Positions 35,329-44,170 of a DNA stretch of 64,000 bases are shown piece by piece. The notes below the pieces were generated by a model. That model saw only the letters and a list, made by a program, of their open reading frames with translations, was not told the origin of the DNA and ran no database searches. Position numbers and translations under genes: made by a program. This DNA comes from an uncultured virus (IMG/VR IMGVR_UViG_3300006417_000262) (taxonomy: Duplodnaviria; Heunggongvirae; Uroviricota; Caudoviricetes). The stretch covers positions 1-64,000 of IMG/VR virus record IMGVR_UViG_3300006417_000262. One strand, 5' to 3'. How positions within the stretch are numbered: position 1 is the first letter of the stretch; every line of letters starts with the position of its first letter.

Positions 35329-36597
35329 ATGCTCCCGAACGATACCCCCACTACGGGTGGTCTCTACCTCTTGCGTTTCCCTAATGGGGACTATTACGGA
35401 GGGAGGTCGCAGAACATCCGTAAGCGATGTAGCGAGCATCGGTGCAACTTGCGCAAGGGGGTGCACACGAACCGCTACATGCAGGCTGTGTTCAACAAGT
35501 ATGGGGATTTCGCTTTGGAAGTCCTCGTACACGTGGAGGGTGAGCCGGAGCAGATTCAGGCCGAACAGGTTTGGTTAGATGAGCATGTGGGGCGGTCGGG
35601 TTGCCTCAATTTCGGGCGGGATGCAGCCTATGGGTTGAAGCGTGGGCAAAAGAAGTCCCCCGAGGCAATGGTCAAGATTCGCGAGGCTAGCGCACGGCGC
35701 AGGGGTGTCCCCCAAGATCCGGAGGTGGTGGCCAGACGGGCCGCCTCGAACACGGGCCGCACGAACACTCCCGAGACCATCGTCAAGATGTCCAAGTCCG
35801 CGAAGCGCCGTGCTGCGGAGCGGCCTACGTCACACGACGAGCGGACTCGAGCGTTGATCTCGTCGCAGCAACGTGGCCGGGTATGGATTACAGATGGCGT
35901 CACGAACCGCCGTGTGCGTCCAGAGGAGGTTGACACACACGTTTTGAACGGGTGGGTTCGTGGTAGGTTCGTTCGTGGGGCGGCTGCTGTGAGTCGAAAC
36001 GATGCTCCGACCACGGGCGGCCTCTATCTCCTTCGTTTCCCGAATGGGGATTACTACGGAGGGAGGTCGCAGAACATCCGCAGCAGGTGCCACCTCCATA
36101 GCAGCCAGTTGCGGAATGGCACTCACGCCAATCCGTGGATGCAGCGGGTGTATGACAAGTACGGACAGCCGGCCATTGAAGTTCTATCCGCCATCCCACA
36201 AAAGGAGGCACGGGTACTGGCTGAGCAGGCGTGGCTTGATGAGAACGTGGGTCGACCGGGCTGCTTGAATTTGAGTCGGTCGGCTGATTCAAATGCGATG
36301 GAGGGGCGTCATCATTCCGAAGAGACGCGGCGACTCATATCCAACCGACTTCGGGGGCGGGAGTTTACAGAGGAGCACCGCAGGGCTCTCTCGGATAGTG
36401 CCACCGGGCGTCAGCTGTCTAGTGATGCAGGGGCGAAGATAGCCGACGCCAACAGGAGTCGCGTGTGGACGAATGCGGCGAAGGAGCGGTCTTCGGCATC
36501 ACACACGGGGAAGAGGCACACGGCTGAGACACGGATGAAGATGGCAGAGTCGGCCAGGCTCCGGGAGGCCCGAAAGAGGGAGGCGTGTTTGGAATAG
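35329..36597 (+). CDS. tandem double GIY-YIG homing endonuclease with NUMOD3 motifs
   Basis: Two copies of ND(T/A)PTTGGLYLLRFPNGDYYGGRSQNIRxRC...EQ.WLDE.VGR.GCLN; HHSEETRRLIS; HTAETRMKM. Confidence 0.85.
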   Translation: MLPNDTPTTGGLYLLRFPNGDYYGGRSQNIRKRCSEHRCNLRKGVHTNRYMQAVFNKYGDFALEVLVHVEGEPEQIQAEQVWLDEHVGRSGCLNFGRDAAYGLKRGQKKSPEAMVKIREASARRRGVPQDPEVVARRAASNTGRTNTPETIVKMSKSAKRRAAERPTSHDERTRALISSQQRGRVWITDGVTNRRVRPEEVDTHVLNGWVRGRFVRGAAAVSRNDAPTTGGLYLLRFPNGDYYGGRSQNIRSRCHLHSSQLRNGTHANPWMQRVYDKYGQPAIEVLSAIPQKEARVLAEQAWLDENVGRPGCLNLSRSADSNAMEGRHHSEETRRLISNRLRGREFTEEHRRALSDSATGRQLSSDAGAKIADANRSRVWTNAAKERSSASHTGKRHTAETRMKMAESARLREARKREACLE

Positions 36598-36610
36598 GTG
36601 GGTGGTGGTT

Positions 36611-36625
36611 CGGTAGCGGCCCTAT
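36611..36625 (+). promoter_or_regulatory. class B motif CGGTAG-N6-TAT
   Basis: Upstream of the chaperone-to-baseplate operon. Confidence 0.45.
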
Positions 36626-36794
36626 CTTTTCAGGTAGGGTGCAGCGTCCTTAGGGAGCAGCACCGCGGCACACGCACACCACACCAGACCTTCGTGCATC
36701 CCCAACCCCAAGTGGTTGGGTCAAACTACATACACAAACGGCCGTGCTTGTGCCCGCAGTCTGCTCCCAGACACACACCACTCTGGGAGAGAAC

Positions 36795-37919
36795 ATGATC
36801 GACATCAAGGCACTTGAGAAGGCCCTCGCCACCCTTGGAAGCATTGGGAAGGGTGAGCTGACGATTGATGCGGGTGGGACGCCCGTGACGCTTCGGGTGC
36901 TTACGGCGGACGAGGACCAGGCGGCACAGAAGTACTCGAGGATGACCGAAGAGGGTGAGGAGGAGCCTTCGGGTTTGACCTTCCTGGAGCGGTACAAGCG
37001 GTCGTTGCTTGCGTACGCAATCATACAGATCGGAGACCTGGATCTTCGCAACGAGGATTACATTTTGACGGGGGAGGTGACGGACACGGGTGTTCCTGTC
37101 CGGGCTCCTCGTCATGTGGTTGTGCGTGGGATCATTGACGGGTGGGCCCGCGTCACGACGATGGCCTTGTTCCAGAAGTACCTGGAGTTGCAGCGTCGCG
37201 AGGATGCTGCGGCCGAGCGGGCCATCCAGTTCGATGTGACGGACATCGATGAAGAGATCACACGGGTTGAAAAGCGTCTTGCCGACCTCAAGGATGAGCG
37301 CAAACGCTCGATCTTGATCACGACTGCGGGCTCTCCCGCGTCGGCCGCAGCCAGGGCACCGGAACCTGAGCCCCCTGCCCCCGTGGTGCCCGCCGTAGAG
37401 GCCCCCCCTCCTGAGCCCCCTCCGGCACCGGCTCCTCGCCAGCGTGTCGGGCCGGTGCAGGGGGCTCCGCCCATGCCTCCCATGCGTCCCGTAGAGGCCC
37501 CCCCGACCCCTATGGCTGCGGCGAACCCCTCGACTTTCGAGGAGATGCATGACTCGATGGGGGATGGTCCCGAGCAGATTGCAAACGAGACGGCACGACT
37601 CCTGGCTGCACGGCAGGCGGCGCGTCGGCAGTCCCTTGACACGATGGCCGAAGAGCCCCCTACGATTGAAGCGCAGGTTCGCCGAACCCCGCCCCACCGG
37701 GCGGCGGCCAACACGTCTGACGCGGTGATGGATTCGGATGCGGGCAGCTTCAAGGCTGTGAGGGCCACGGGTGGTCCGCCTCCGAATGTTGATGTGCACC
37801 GTCTTGAGCCCGTGACCCTCTCCGAGCGGGGGCGGCAGCCTCCGCCAGCGAACACTCGGGTGCAGGTCAACAATGGGCCGAAGACAGGTCCGACCAATCC
37901 TCGTTTCCGAGGGCAGTAG
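36795..37919 (+). CDS. probable tail assembly chaperone with a Pro-rich C-terminal extension
   Basis: VTLRVLTADE...LAYAIIQIG...LFQKYLEL; lies between the tube and tape measure genes. Confidence 0.55.
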   Translation: MIDIKALEKALATLGSIGKGELTIDAGGTPVTLRVLTADEDQAAQKYSRMTEEGEEEPSGLTFLERYKRSLLAYAIIQIGDLDLRNEDYILTGEVTDTGVPVRAPRHVVVRGIIDGWARVTTMALFQKYLELQRREDAAAERAIQFDVTDIDEEITRVEKRLADLKDERKRSILITTAGSPASAAARAPEPEPPAPVVPAVEAPPPEPPPAPAPRQRVGPVQGAPPMPPMRPVEAPPTPMAAANPSTFEEMHDSMGDGPEQIANETARLLAARQAARRQSLDTMAEEPPTIEAQVRRTPPHRAAANTSDAVMDSDAGSFKAVRATGGPPPNVDVHRLEPVTLSERGRQPPPANTRVQVNNGPKTGPTNPRFRGQ

Positions 37920-37927
37920 CACGCACC

Positions 37928-39124
37928 ATGTCTCTACGGGTTCAAACTGTGGCAGCCCAGGCTGAGCAACGACGCGCCATCTATGATGACGTGGAGGAGT
38001 TGCTCATTCCCGGATTCCTGTCGCAGACCGTGGAGGCGGGTGGAATACAGCTTTCGATGAAGTCCTTGTTCCCCGGCGAGATGTATGTTCTGCGGAACCG
38101 TTTGGGGCGTCGGATTACCGAGCGGCTGTGGCGGGAGTGGGCCGTGGCAACGTCCACATGGATGTTGGATGGCCAGGTGCTCCTTGGGGATGTGAACGCC
38201 GCTGTGCGGGTTCGAGAGGCGATCCGTTCGCTCCCTGGCCCCGCCTTGGACTCATTGTTCTCGGTGTTCATGAGCCTGCGCAACCGGATGCACATTGCGG
38301 CCAGTCGGGTGGAGGCATATTGCTACGAAGATTTCGGCCGGGCTACGTGGCGCATGACGGGTCGGAAGTCTCCGTCTCGGGATGACGTGGCGGGTGTGCC
38401 GGGTGTCTCGTCTCTTGGGATGAACCATGTGCAGCGACTGTGGGTCGCGTACAACCTGGCCGAGGACGATCGCCAGGCGTGGAATCTGGAGTGGGCAGCG
38501 GCGAAGCTCATTGCTTCGGCGTCATCGCCCAAGGGTGTGAAGCAGCTCAACCAGAAGGATGAGTCGGATCGCAACCTGGAGAATGACCGACGGCAGGGGG
38601 TGATCCGCAAGGCGTACTACCAGGCTTCTGGCCGTCAGATTGATGAGGAGGACGGCATGGTCGTTCGTCGGGCTGTGAGCGCCGACGAGCTGGCCAATGA
38701 GATGGAGCGGTGGGCTCGAGGCGAGCACGACCCCCACGACCAGATCATTGAAGCATACAAGAATAAGATTCGCGAACAGCATGAGGCGAACAGACGCGCG
38801 CATGAAGCCCGTATGCAGGCGGTCGCGATGCTGCAGGAGGAGGCTGCAGAGGCGGGTGTGGCCCCGCTTGTGGGATACACGCTGGACCAGCTTCGCGAGC
38901 TTCGTGGAGGGCCTGAGGCTCCCTTGCAGCGTCGTGGTTCGGCCATCATGGACTCGTCGAGTGCGTCTCGGCTGTACGACAAGTACTTGGCGAATGAGAT
39001 CAGGGTGGGTGGTCTTGCGGAGGGTGGGAAGTCCGCCCCGCTCCCCACCGAGCGGTCGGGTGGATTGGCAGATGCCGTGGCGTCCCGCCAGGTTCGTTAC
39101 CGTGATGATGGAGAGGCGTCCTAA
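37928..39124 (+). CDS. probable second tail assembly chaperone / pre-tape-measure protein
   Basis: 398 aa immediately before the tape measure gene (TAATG overlap). Confidence 0.5.
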   Translation: MSLRVQTVAAQAEQRRAIYDDVEELLIPGFLSQTVEAGGIQLSMKSLFPGEMYVLRNRLGRRITERLWREWAVATSTWMLDGQVLLGDVNAAVRVREAIRSLPGPALDSLFSVFMSLRNRMHIAASRVEAYCYEDFGRATWRMTGRKSPSRDDVAGVPGVSSLGMNHVQRLWVAYNLAEDDRQAWNLEWAAAKLIASASSPKGVKQLNQKDESDRNLENDRRQGVIRKAYYQASGRQIDEEDGMVVRRAVSADELANEMERWARGEHDPHDQIIEAYKNKIREQHEANRRAHEARMQAVAMLQEEAAEAGVAPLVGYTLDQLRELRGGPEAPLQRRGSAIMDSSSASRLYDKYLANEIRVGGLAEGGKSAPLPTERSGGLADAVASRQVRYRDDGEAS

Positions 39125-42100
39125 TGCCAAAAACATCAGAGATGCAGGCTCGTATCGATCTCCTTGTGGGGATCGACAAGGCCACATACCAGAAGTCTAG
39201 GACGGCTCTTGCGAGTCTGTTTGATCATCGCGTAGGCGTGGGGGTTGACGACAGCGACATCCGCCAGATGGCGAAGCAATTCCGTGAAGCCTCTCGTCTT
39301 GGCGGGGAGGCGATTAGCGAATCCCTTCGGAAGCAGCTTGACGACGATGTGTCCTCGGCCGTGTCGCAGTTCGAGAAGATCCGTGCGCAGATCACACATG
39401 CGTTGGAGGCGAATGACTCCCGCAAATATGAGGAGTTGGCTGAAAAGCAGGCCGAGGTGCAGGAGCAGTTTTCCGAGGCGATGAAGACGTACAAGAAGTC
39501 CGTCGAGGAGGCGGACAAGGCCATTCAGGACAAGATCAAGGCAGAGCAAGCGGCAGCGAAGAAGCTAATGGACGACCGCGTGTCCGCAGAGAAGAAGCTG
39601 CAAGAAAAGGCTGAAAAGGATGCCGAGGACGCGGAGAAGAAGCGGGCCGATGCCGCGGAGAAGCTGCGAGGCATGGCCGTGTTCGGCAGCCTGGACACCA
39701 TGAAGGATGCGGGCGAAGGTGTGGCCGGCCGGTTTACGGACGCCTTGAACAAGGCGTCCGAGTCGGATTTGTCCGGGTTTGCACAGAGCGTCCTGGGGTC
39801 GATGGGCGCGCTCGCAAAGCGTGGGGCAGAAACCAAGCAACTCGCGGCCGATAGTGCAGCCGATGCGGTGGCCGCGAAGGACTTGGCCGCGTCGGCCATG
39901 AAGCTCGGTCGCGCAGCGGCAATGCTTGGCATTGCCGCGGGCGCCATTGGTGGCCTGGTGGCGGCGGTGGCGGCCTTGGATGGTGCCGCCAAGGAACTCA
40001 ATCAGTCGATGCTGGAGGGCGCGAGCATTGCAGACTTCTCGGCACAGTCGCAGATCACGTCCCTCCGAGATGTCGAGGGCACGATGGAGGCCGCCCGAAA
40101 GGCGTCGCACGAGATGGCGATAGAGTTCCGCGGCACGAGTGAGGAGATGGCAGGCATCCTGGCCGAACTCAATCAGGCCGGGTTCTCCTACCGGGAGATG
40201 GAGCAAGGGGTCAGCACGGTCATCGACAAGCAGGCCAAGTACGCTGAGGCCGTGAAGAAGACGTTCGAGTGGTCTCGGGCGTTGGGTGTGTCCACGTCTG
40301 AAATCGCAGATACGACGGCCGAGTGGTCTACGAGCTTTGGACTTGGGGTCACTGGGATTAGCGAGGGTTTCAAGGAGATCGCAGACTTTGCGATGGACAG
40401 CGGGTTCAACGTGAAGCGGTTCTTCACGGCCGTGTCGCAGGCGACATCGGGCATGGCCCTCTACAACATGCGCATCGAGGAGGCCGCCTTCTTCCTGTCG
40501 AAGACGCAGAAGATTCTGGGTGAGACGGATGCGGCAGACTTCTTTGAGTCGCTGACGAAGGGTTTCATGGATGAGTCGATTACCGACCGCATCAAGCGGA
40601 TCATGATTGCGGGGGCCGGAGACACAGAGAGGATCTTCCGGGACACGGCGGATCGGACGGCCAAGGGGTTCGTGTCTGCGTTTAGTGGCTCGGACACGCA
40701 GGACAAGATCAAGGCCGCGTTCAAGTCCGTGAACATGGAGATCGACCTTTCGGACCCGCAGGTGCTTCAGAACACATGGGGGAAGATGGATGACCGTAAC
40801 CGGCGCCTCATCATCGCCGAGCTTCGGGCGAATGGGGATGAGCAGTCGCAGGCGGCGGCACGGCAGCTTGAAACCCTAGGGCGTGTCGTGGATGGAGCCA
40901 AGGGTGGGATGGACGCACAGGTTCGAGGGCTCGGTGCGCTCGACATGCAGGGGAAGCTCGCCTACAAGCTCCAGACGCTTGGGGATCGTCGCCTCAATGA
41001 GATGAGCATGGAGGAGTTGGCCGCGTTCGAGAGCTATGCCGGAATCTCGGGAGCGCAGCTCGAGCAACTCACGCGAGTCGAGGAGCAGTTGTACGCCGAC
41101 TATGAGCTGGCCAAGAAGAACGGGAAGGCAGAGGGCCAGTCGTTCAAGGAGTTCATTTCCAGCAACGAGATGGCGCAGGAGCAACTGAAGACGGTGGCCG
41201 ACATCGTGGAGGTGTCCGAGTACTTCGCGCAGCAGACCGTGGAAAGCACCCGGTCTGTTTTCTCGGTGTTGAAGAACACCATCGCACAGACGCTCGACAA
41301 CATCTACTCCTTGCTGACATCCTGGTTTGGTGTGTCACGGGAGATGGGTGCTGACGAGGTGACCAAGCTCACGTCGGCGATCACAGCAATTGGTGATGAC
41401 CGGAAGGCGAGTGCGGCTCGCCTGGATGAGATTGACGCCAAGATCGCGGGTGCAGACCAGGTGCTTGCAACCAAGGGCAAGGGGTCGGCGGAGCATTCTG
41501 CTGCGTTGGGCGAGAAGGCCGCGCTAGAGGCACGTCGCAAGGCGGAGCTGGGGACGCAGGAGCTTCTCCGAGCGATGGAGAATGAGGTGCGGCTGATGGA
41601 CAAGTCCGCCGTTGGGAGCACAGACGACGTTGTTGGCCTCTCACGCAAGCGACTGTCCTCTTCCGGTGCGGACATGGCGATTCTGGCCAAGTACCTATCA
41701 CCTGAGCAGCTGCAAAGTGCTATGCAGCGACAAAGTGCTTCAAAAGCGGCCAATCAGCAGCGTGCTTCGGACTTGAACGACAATTACAGTCATGTCCGTG
41801 GTGGATCTTTTAGGGACACGACGGGGCTTCCTATTGCCGCAGCTGCGGATACCAATATCGTAGCGGACATGCTCCACGAGACGGCCACGGGAGCCGATGT
41901 CCTCGCCAAGGAGCAAATCAAGCTCCAGGAGGAGCAGAACGACATCCTTTGGAAGACATTGTCCCCAACGGCGCTTCAACATGCGTTTGCGTCGGGCCAA
42001 CTGCAGGCCGATTCCGAGAAGTTGGCGTCAAGCCTTGGCATCGAGCAAGGGACGAAGGAATTCAAGCAATTCGTAGCTGACGCCATGATGAGGAACTTCG

Positions 42101-42402
42101 CACCCCATCAACAGAGGATCAACGACGCAGGGGCGGGTCAGTATGTCAAGGACAAATTCGGCTTTGACATGGCTCGACTCGCCGATCCGACTATGGCGCA
42201 GGACTTCGTCATGCGCCCGGGCCAAGCAGCGCAGCGGTTCTCCCCGAGTGACACCATCTTGGGGATGAAGGGCGGGGGGCCGCTCGTGACGGGGCAGCAA
42301 GGAGTGGGGGGCGTCGTCAACGTGACCATCAACGGAGGCAGCCAGGCCGAGGTCTACAACACCGTGAAGTCGGCGCTCAAGAGTGCCGGGCTTCGCACAT
42401 GA
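39124..42402 (+). CDS. tape measure protein
   Basis: 1092 aa, Ala/Glu/Lys-rich helical composition, one hydrophobic segment, C-terminal DFVMRPG...VNVTING; position in the tail operon. Confidence 0.75.
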   Translation: MPKTSEMQARIDLLVGIDKATYQKSRTALASLFDHRVGVGVDDSDIRQMAKQFREASRLGGEAISESLRKQLDDDVSSAVSQFEKIRAQITHALEANDSRKYEELAEKQAEVQEQFSEAMKTYKKSVEEADKAIQDKIKAEQAAAKKLMDDRVSAEKKLQEKAEKDAEDAEKKRADAAEKLRGMAVFGSLDTMKDAGEGVAGRFTDALNKASESDLSGFAQSVLGSMGALAKRGAETKQLAADSAADAVAAKDLAASAMKLGRAAAMLGIAAGAIGGLVAAVAALDGAAKELNQSMLEGASIADFSAQSQITSLRDVEGTMEAARKASHEMAIEFRGTSEEMAGILAELNQAGFSYREMEQGVSTVIDKQAKYAEAVKKTFEWSRALGVSTSEIADTTAEWSTSFGLGVTGISEGFKEIADFAMDSGFNVKRFFTAVSQATSGMALYNMRIEEAAFFLSKTQKILGETDAADFFESLTKGFMDESITDRIKRIMIAGAGDTERIFRDTADRTAKGFVSAFSGSDTQDKIKAAFKSVNMEIDLSDPQVLQNTWGKMDDRNRRLIIAELRANGDEQSQAAARQLETLGRVVDGAKGGMDAQVRGLGALDMQGKLAYKLQTLGDRRLNEMSMEELAAFESYAGISGAQLEQLTRVEEQLYADYELAKKNGKAEGQSFKEFISSNEMAQEQLKTVADIVEVSEYFAQQTVESTRSVFSVLKNTIAQTLDNIYSLLTSWFGVSREMGADEVTKLTSAITAIGDDRKASAARLDEIDAKIAGADQVLATKGKGSAEHSAALGEKAALEARRKAELGTQELLRAMENEVRLMDKSAVGSTDDVVGLSRKRLSSSGADMAILAKYLSPEQLQSAMQRQSASKAANQQRASDLNDNYSHVRGGSFRDTTGLPIAAAADTNIVADMLHETATGADVLAKEQIKLQEEQNDILWKTLSPTALQHAFASGQLQADSEKLASSLGIEQGTKEFKQFVADAMMRNFAPHQQRINDAGAGQYVKDKFGFDMARLADPTMAQDFVMRPGQAAQRFSPSDTILGMKGGGPLVTGQQGVGGVVNVTINGGSQAEVYNTVKSALKSAGLRT

Positions 42403-42416
42403 TGGAGGCGTAACCA

Positions 42417-43100
42417 ATGGCGGGCACACCTACATTCCGTAGCGCGTTCACGAGCTACCAGGATGCGTCCGCAGGCTTGGGTCGGCGGCCCGTGATCTTC
42501 GACATCCTAGGCCCGGATTGGGAGACGAGCCTGCTGCCAGACGAGTTGAAGATGGTGCTGCACGTGAATCCAAGCTCGATGTCGATCAACCACACGCGCA
42601 CAGTGGAGCGCATACAGACACGGGGGGGGTTCGTAGAGCAGCATTGGGGTGATGCCGTGTCCGAGATCACGTTCGACCAGTCGTCGGGTGGGTTCATGCG
42701 GCTGTACTCGGGGTTGTCAAACGTGACGAATCCTGCCTATGGCGGGACGCGGCGGGAGACGATTGCCTACGACAAGTTCCTGGACATGCTTGCCTTGTTC
42801 CACAACAACGGGTCGGTATACGACACCAATGGCAACATCGTGCTGCAGGGCATCCTCAAGATTACGTTCGACGGAGGGATCTACTACGGGTGGTTCTCGC
42901 AGTTCTCGGTGAACGAGGAGGCCGAGAAGCCGTATCAGTTTTCCATCTCCGCGTCGTTCTCCGTACGTAAGGAGGTCGTCGTGTGGCGCTCGGCCCTCTC
43001 GTCATCGGATGGCGTGGCTTCTTCGGGACCGTCCACGTCGCTTGACATTGGGTCGTTTAGCGAGGCTCCATTTGACCTCAACGTGGGGGGGACTGTCTAA
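42417..43100 (+). CDS. tail-tube initiator / baseplate hub-associated protein
   Basis: LHVNPSSMSI...QTRGGFVEQHWG...YYGWFSQFSVNEEAEKPYQF; follows the tape measure gene. Confidence 0.6.
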   Translation: MAGTPTFRSAFTSYQDASAGLGRRPVIFDILGPDWETSLLPDELKMVLHVNPSSMSINHTRTVERIQTRGGFVEQHWGDAVSEITFDQSSGGFMRLYSGLSNVTNPAYGGTRRETIAYDKFLDMLALFHNNGSVYDTNGNIVLQGILKITFDGGIYYGWFSQFSVNEEAEKPYQFSISASFSVRKEVVVWRSALSSSDGVASSGPSTSLDIGSFSEAPFDLNVGGTV

Positions 43101-44170
43101 TGGCACTGCTTGGTACGACACCACCGGCAAGCCGGTACGACGGGTTGACCGTGGGGCCGGCGTTCGCCTACACGTTTGAAACACAGGAGGGCATCCCGGT
43201 TGACGGGACCAATGCGCTCTTGCGAGACTTGTCGCCTTTCGTGCTTCGGATCGTACCGCCTGCAGCACTCCTAGAGGCAGCGGCCACGTCATCGGAGGAG
43301 GCTGTTGATCTCATCCAGGCGGCGGCGTTGGGGGCGAGTACGACGACGCGCAGCACTTCCATTGCCACGGTGCTTCGCACGGTTCTTGCGACAGGGGCCG
43401 CGGGATACTCGACTGGACAGCTCGAGTCATTCGTGGCGAATGGCCAGTTCTACACGGACGCCGATGCGGCGTTCGTGTCCACGCTCGCGGACGCATTCAC
43501 GGCGGCGGACATCGCCTTGCAGCTTGAGCGCGTCCTGGCGATGGAGCCATTGGTTCTCCTCGTGAACCCGTCAACCATGAATGTGCAGCGTGCCAAGCTC
43601 CAGAGTTTTCAGTCGAAGACGCGTGAAGGGTACGTGTTCGAGGCGTGGGGGGAGGAGCAGATGACAATCTCCTTCTCAGGGTCTACGGCGGGGTTCGTGG
43701 CTGGTGCCGTGGACACAAGCAGCCCGTACGGTGCGCAGACAACGGGGGTCACGTCCTCCGTGTCGGGTTACCAGGAGGCGGCTCGACGGGATTCCGCGGC
43801 CTGGCAGAACTTCCAGGCGCTCTACCATTTCTACAAGAACAACGGCTACATCTACGACACCGTGCGGAAGTCCTACGCGCATCTGTTCATTGGTGCCGTG
43901 GCGATTGATTATGACCAGTGGACGTACGAGGGCCACATTGAGTCGTTCGCCTACAAGTACGACGAAGCGATGCCTCATCGGGTGGAGTTTGACATGGAGT
44001 TCAAGGCGTCGCGGATCTACGACTCGGCCCGATCTTCCTCGACGGTTAGCCCCATCTCCATGGCGCTAACCAATCAGGCCGCAGAGTCGTTCTTGCGTGG
44101 GCAGTTGACGTCTGCATCCCCCACGGAGTTCTCGCAGCCTCCGCTAGATAACATTCTTGGGAGGGTGTGA
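43100..44170 (+). CDS. paralogous tail-tube initiator / baseplate protein
   Basis: LLVNPSTMNV...KTREGYVFEAWG...YEGHIESFAYKYDEAMPHRVEF, similar to the preceding gene. Confidence 0.6.
   Translation: MALLGTTPPASRYDGLTVGPAFAYTFETQEGIPVDGTNALLRDLSPFVLRIVPPAALLEAAATSSEEAVDLIQAAALGASTTTRSTSIATVLRTVLATGAAGYSTGQLESFVANGQFYTDADAAFVSTLADAFTAADIALQLERVLAMEPLVLLVNPSTMNVQRAKLQSFQSKTREGYVFEAWGEEQMTISFSGSTAGFVAGAVDTSSPYGAQTTGVTSSVSGYQEAARRDSAAWQNFQALYHFYKNNGYIYDTVRKSYAHLFIGAVAIDYDQWTYEGHIESFAYKYDEAMPHRVEFDMEFKASRIYDSARSSSTVSPISMALTNQAAESFLRGQLTSASPTEFSQPPLDNILGRV

Noticed and set aside
37900..37930. Programmed frameshift between the two chaperone genes (lambda G/GT type)
   Set aside because: No slippery heptamer was seen, and the second ORF has its own ATG 8 nt after the stop.
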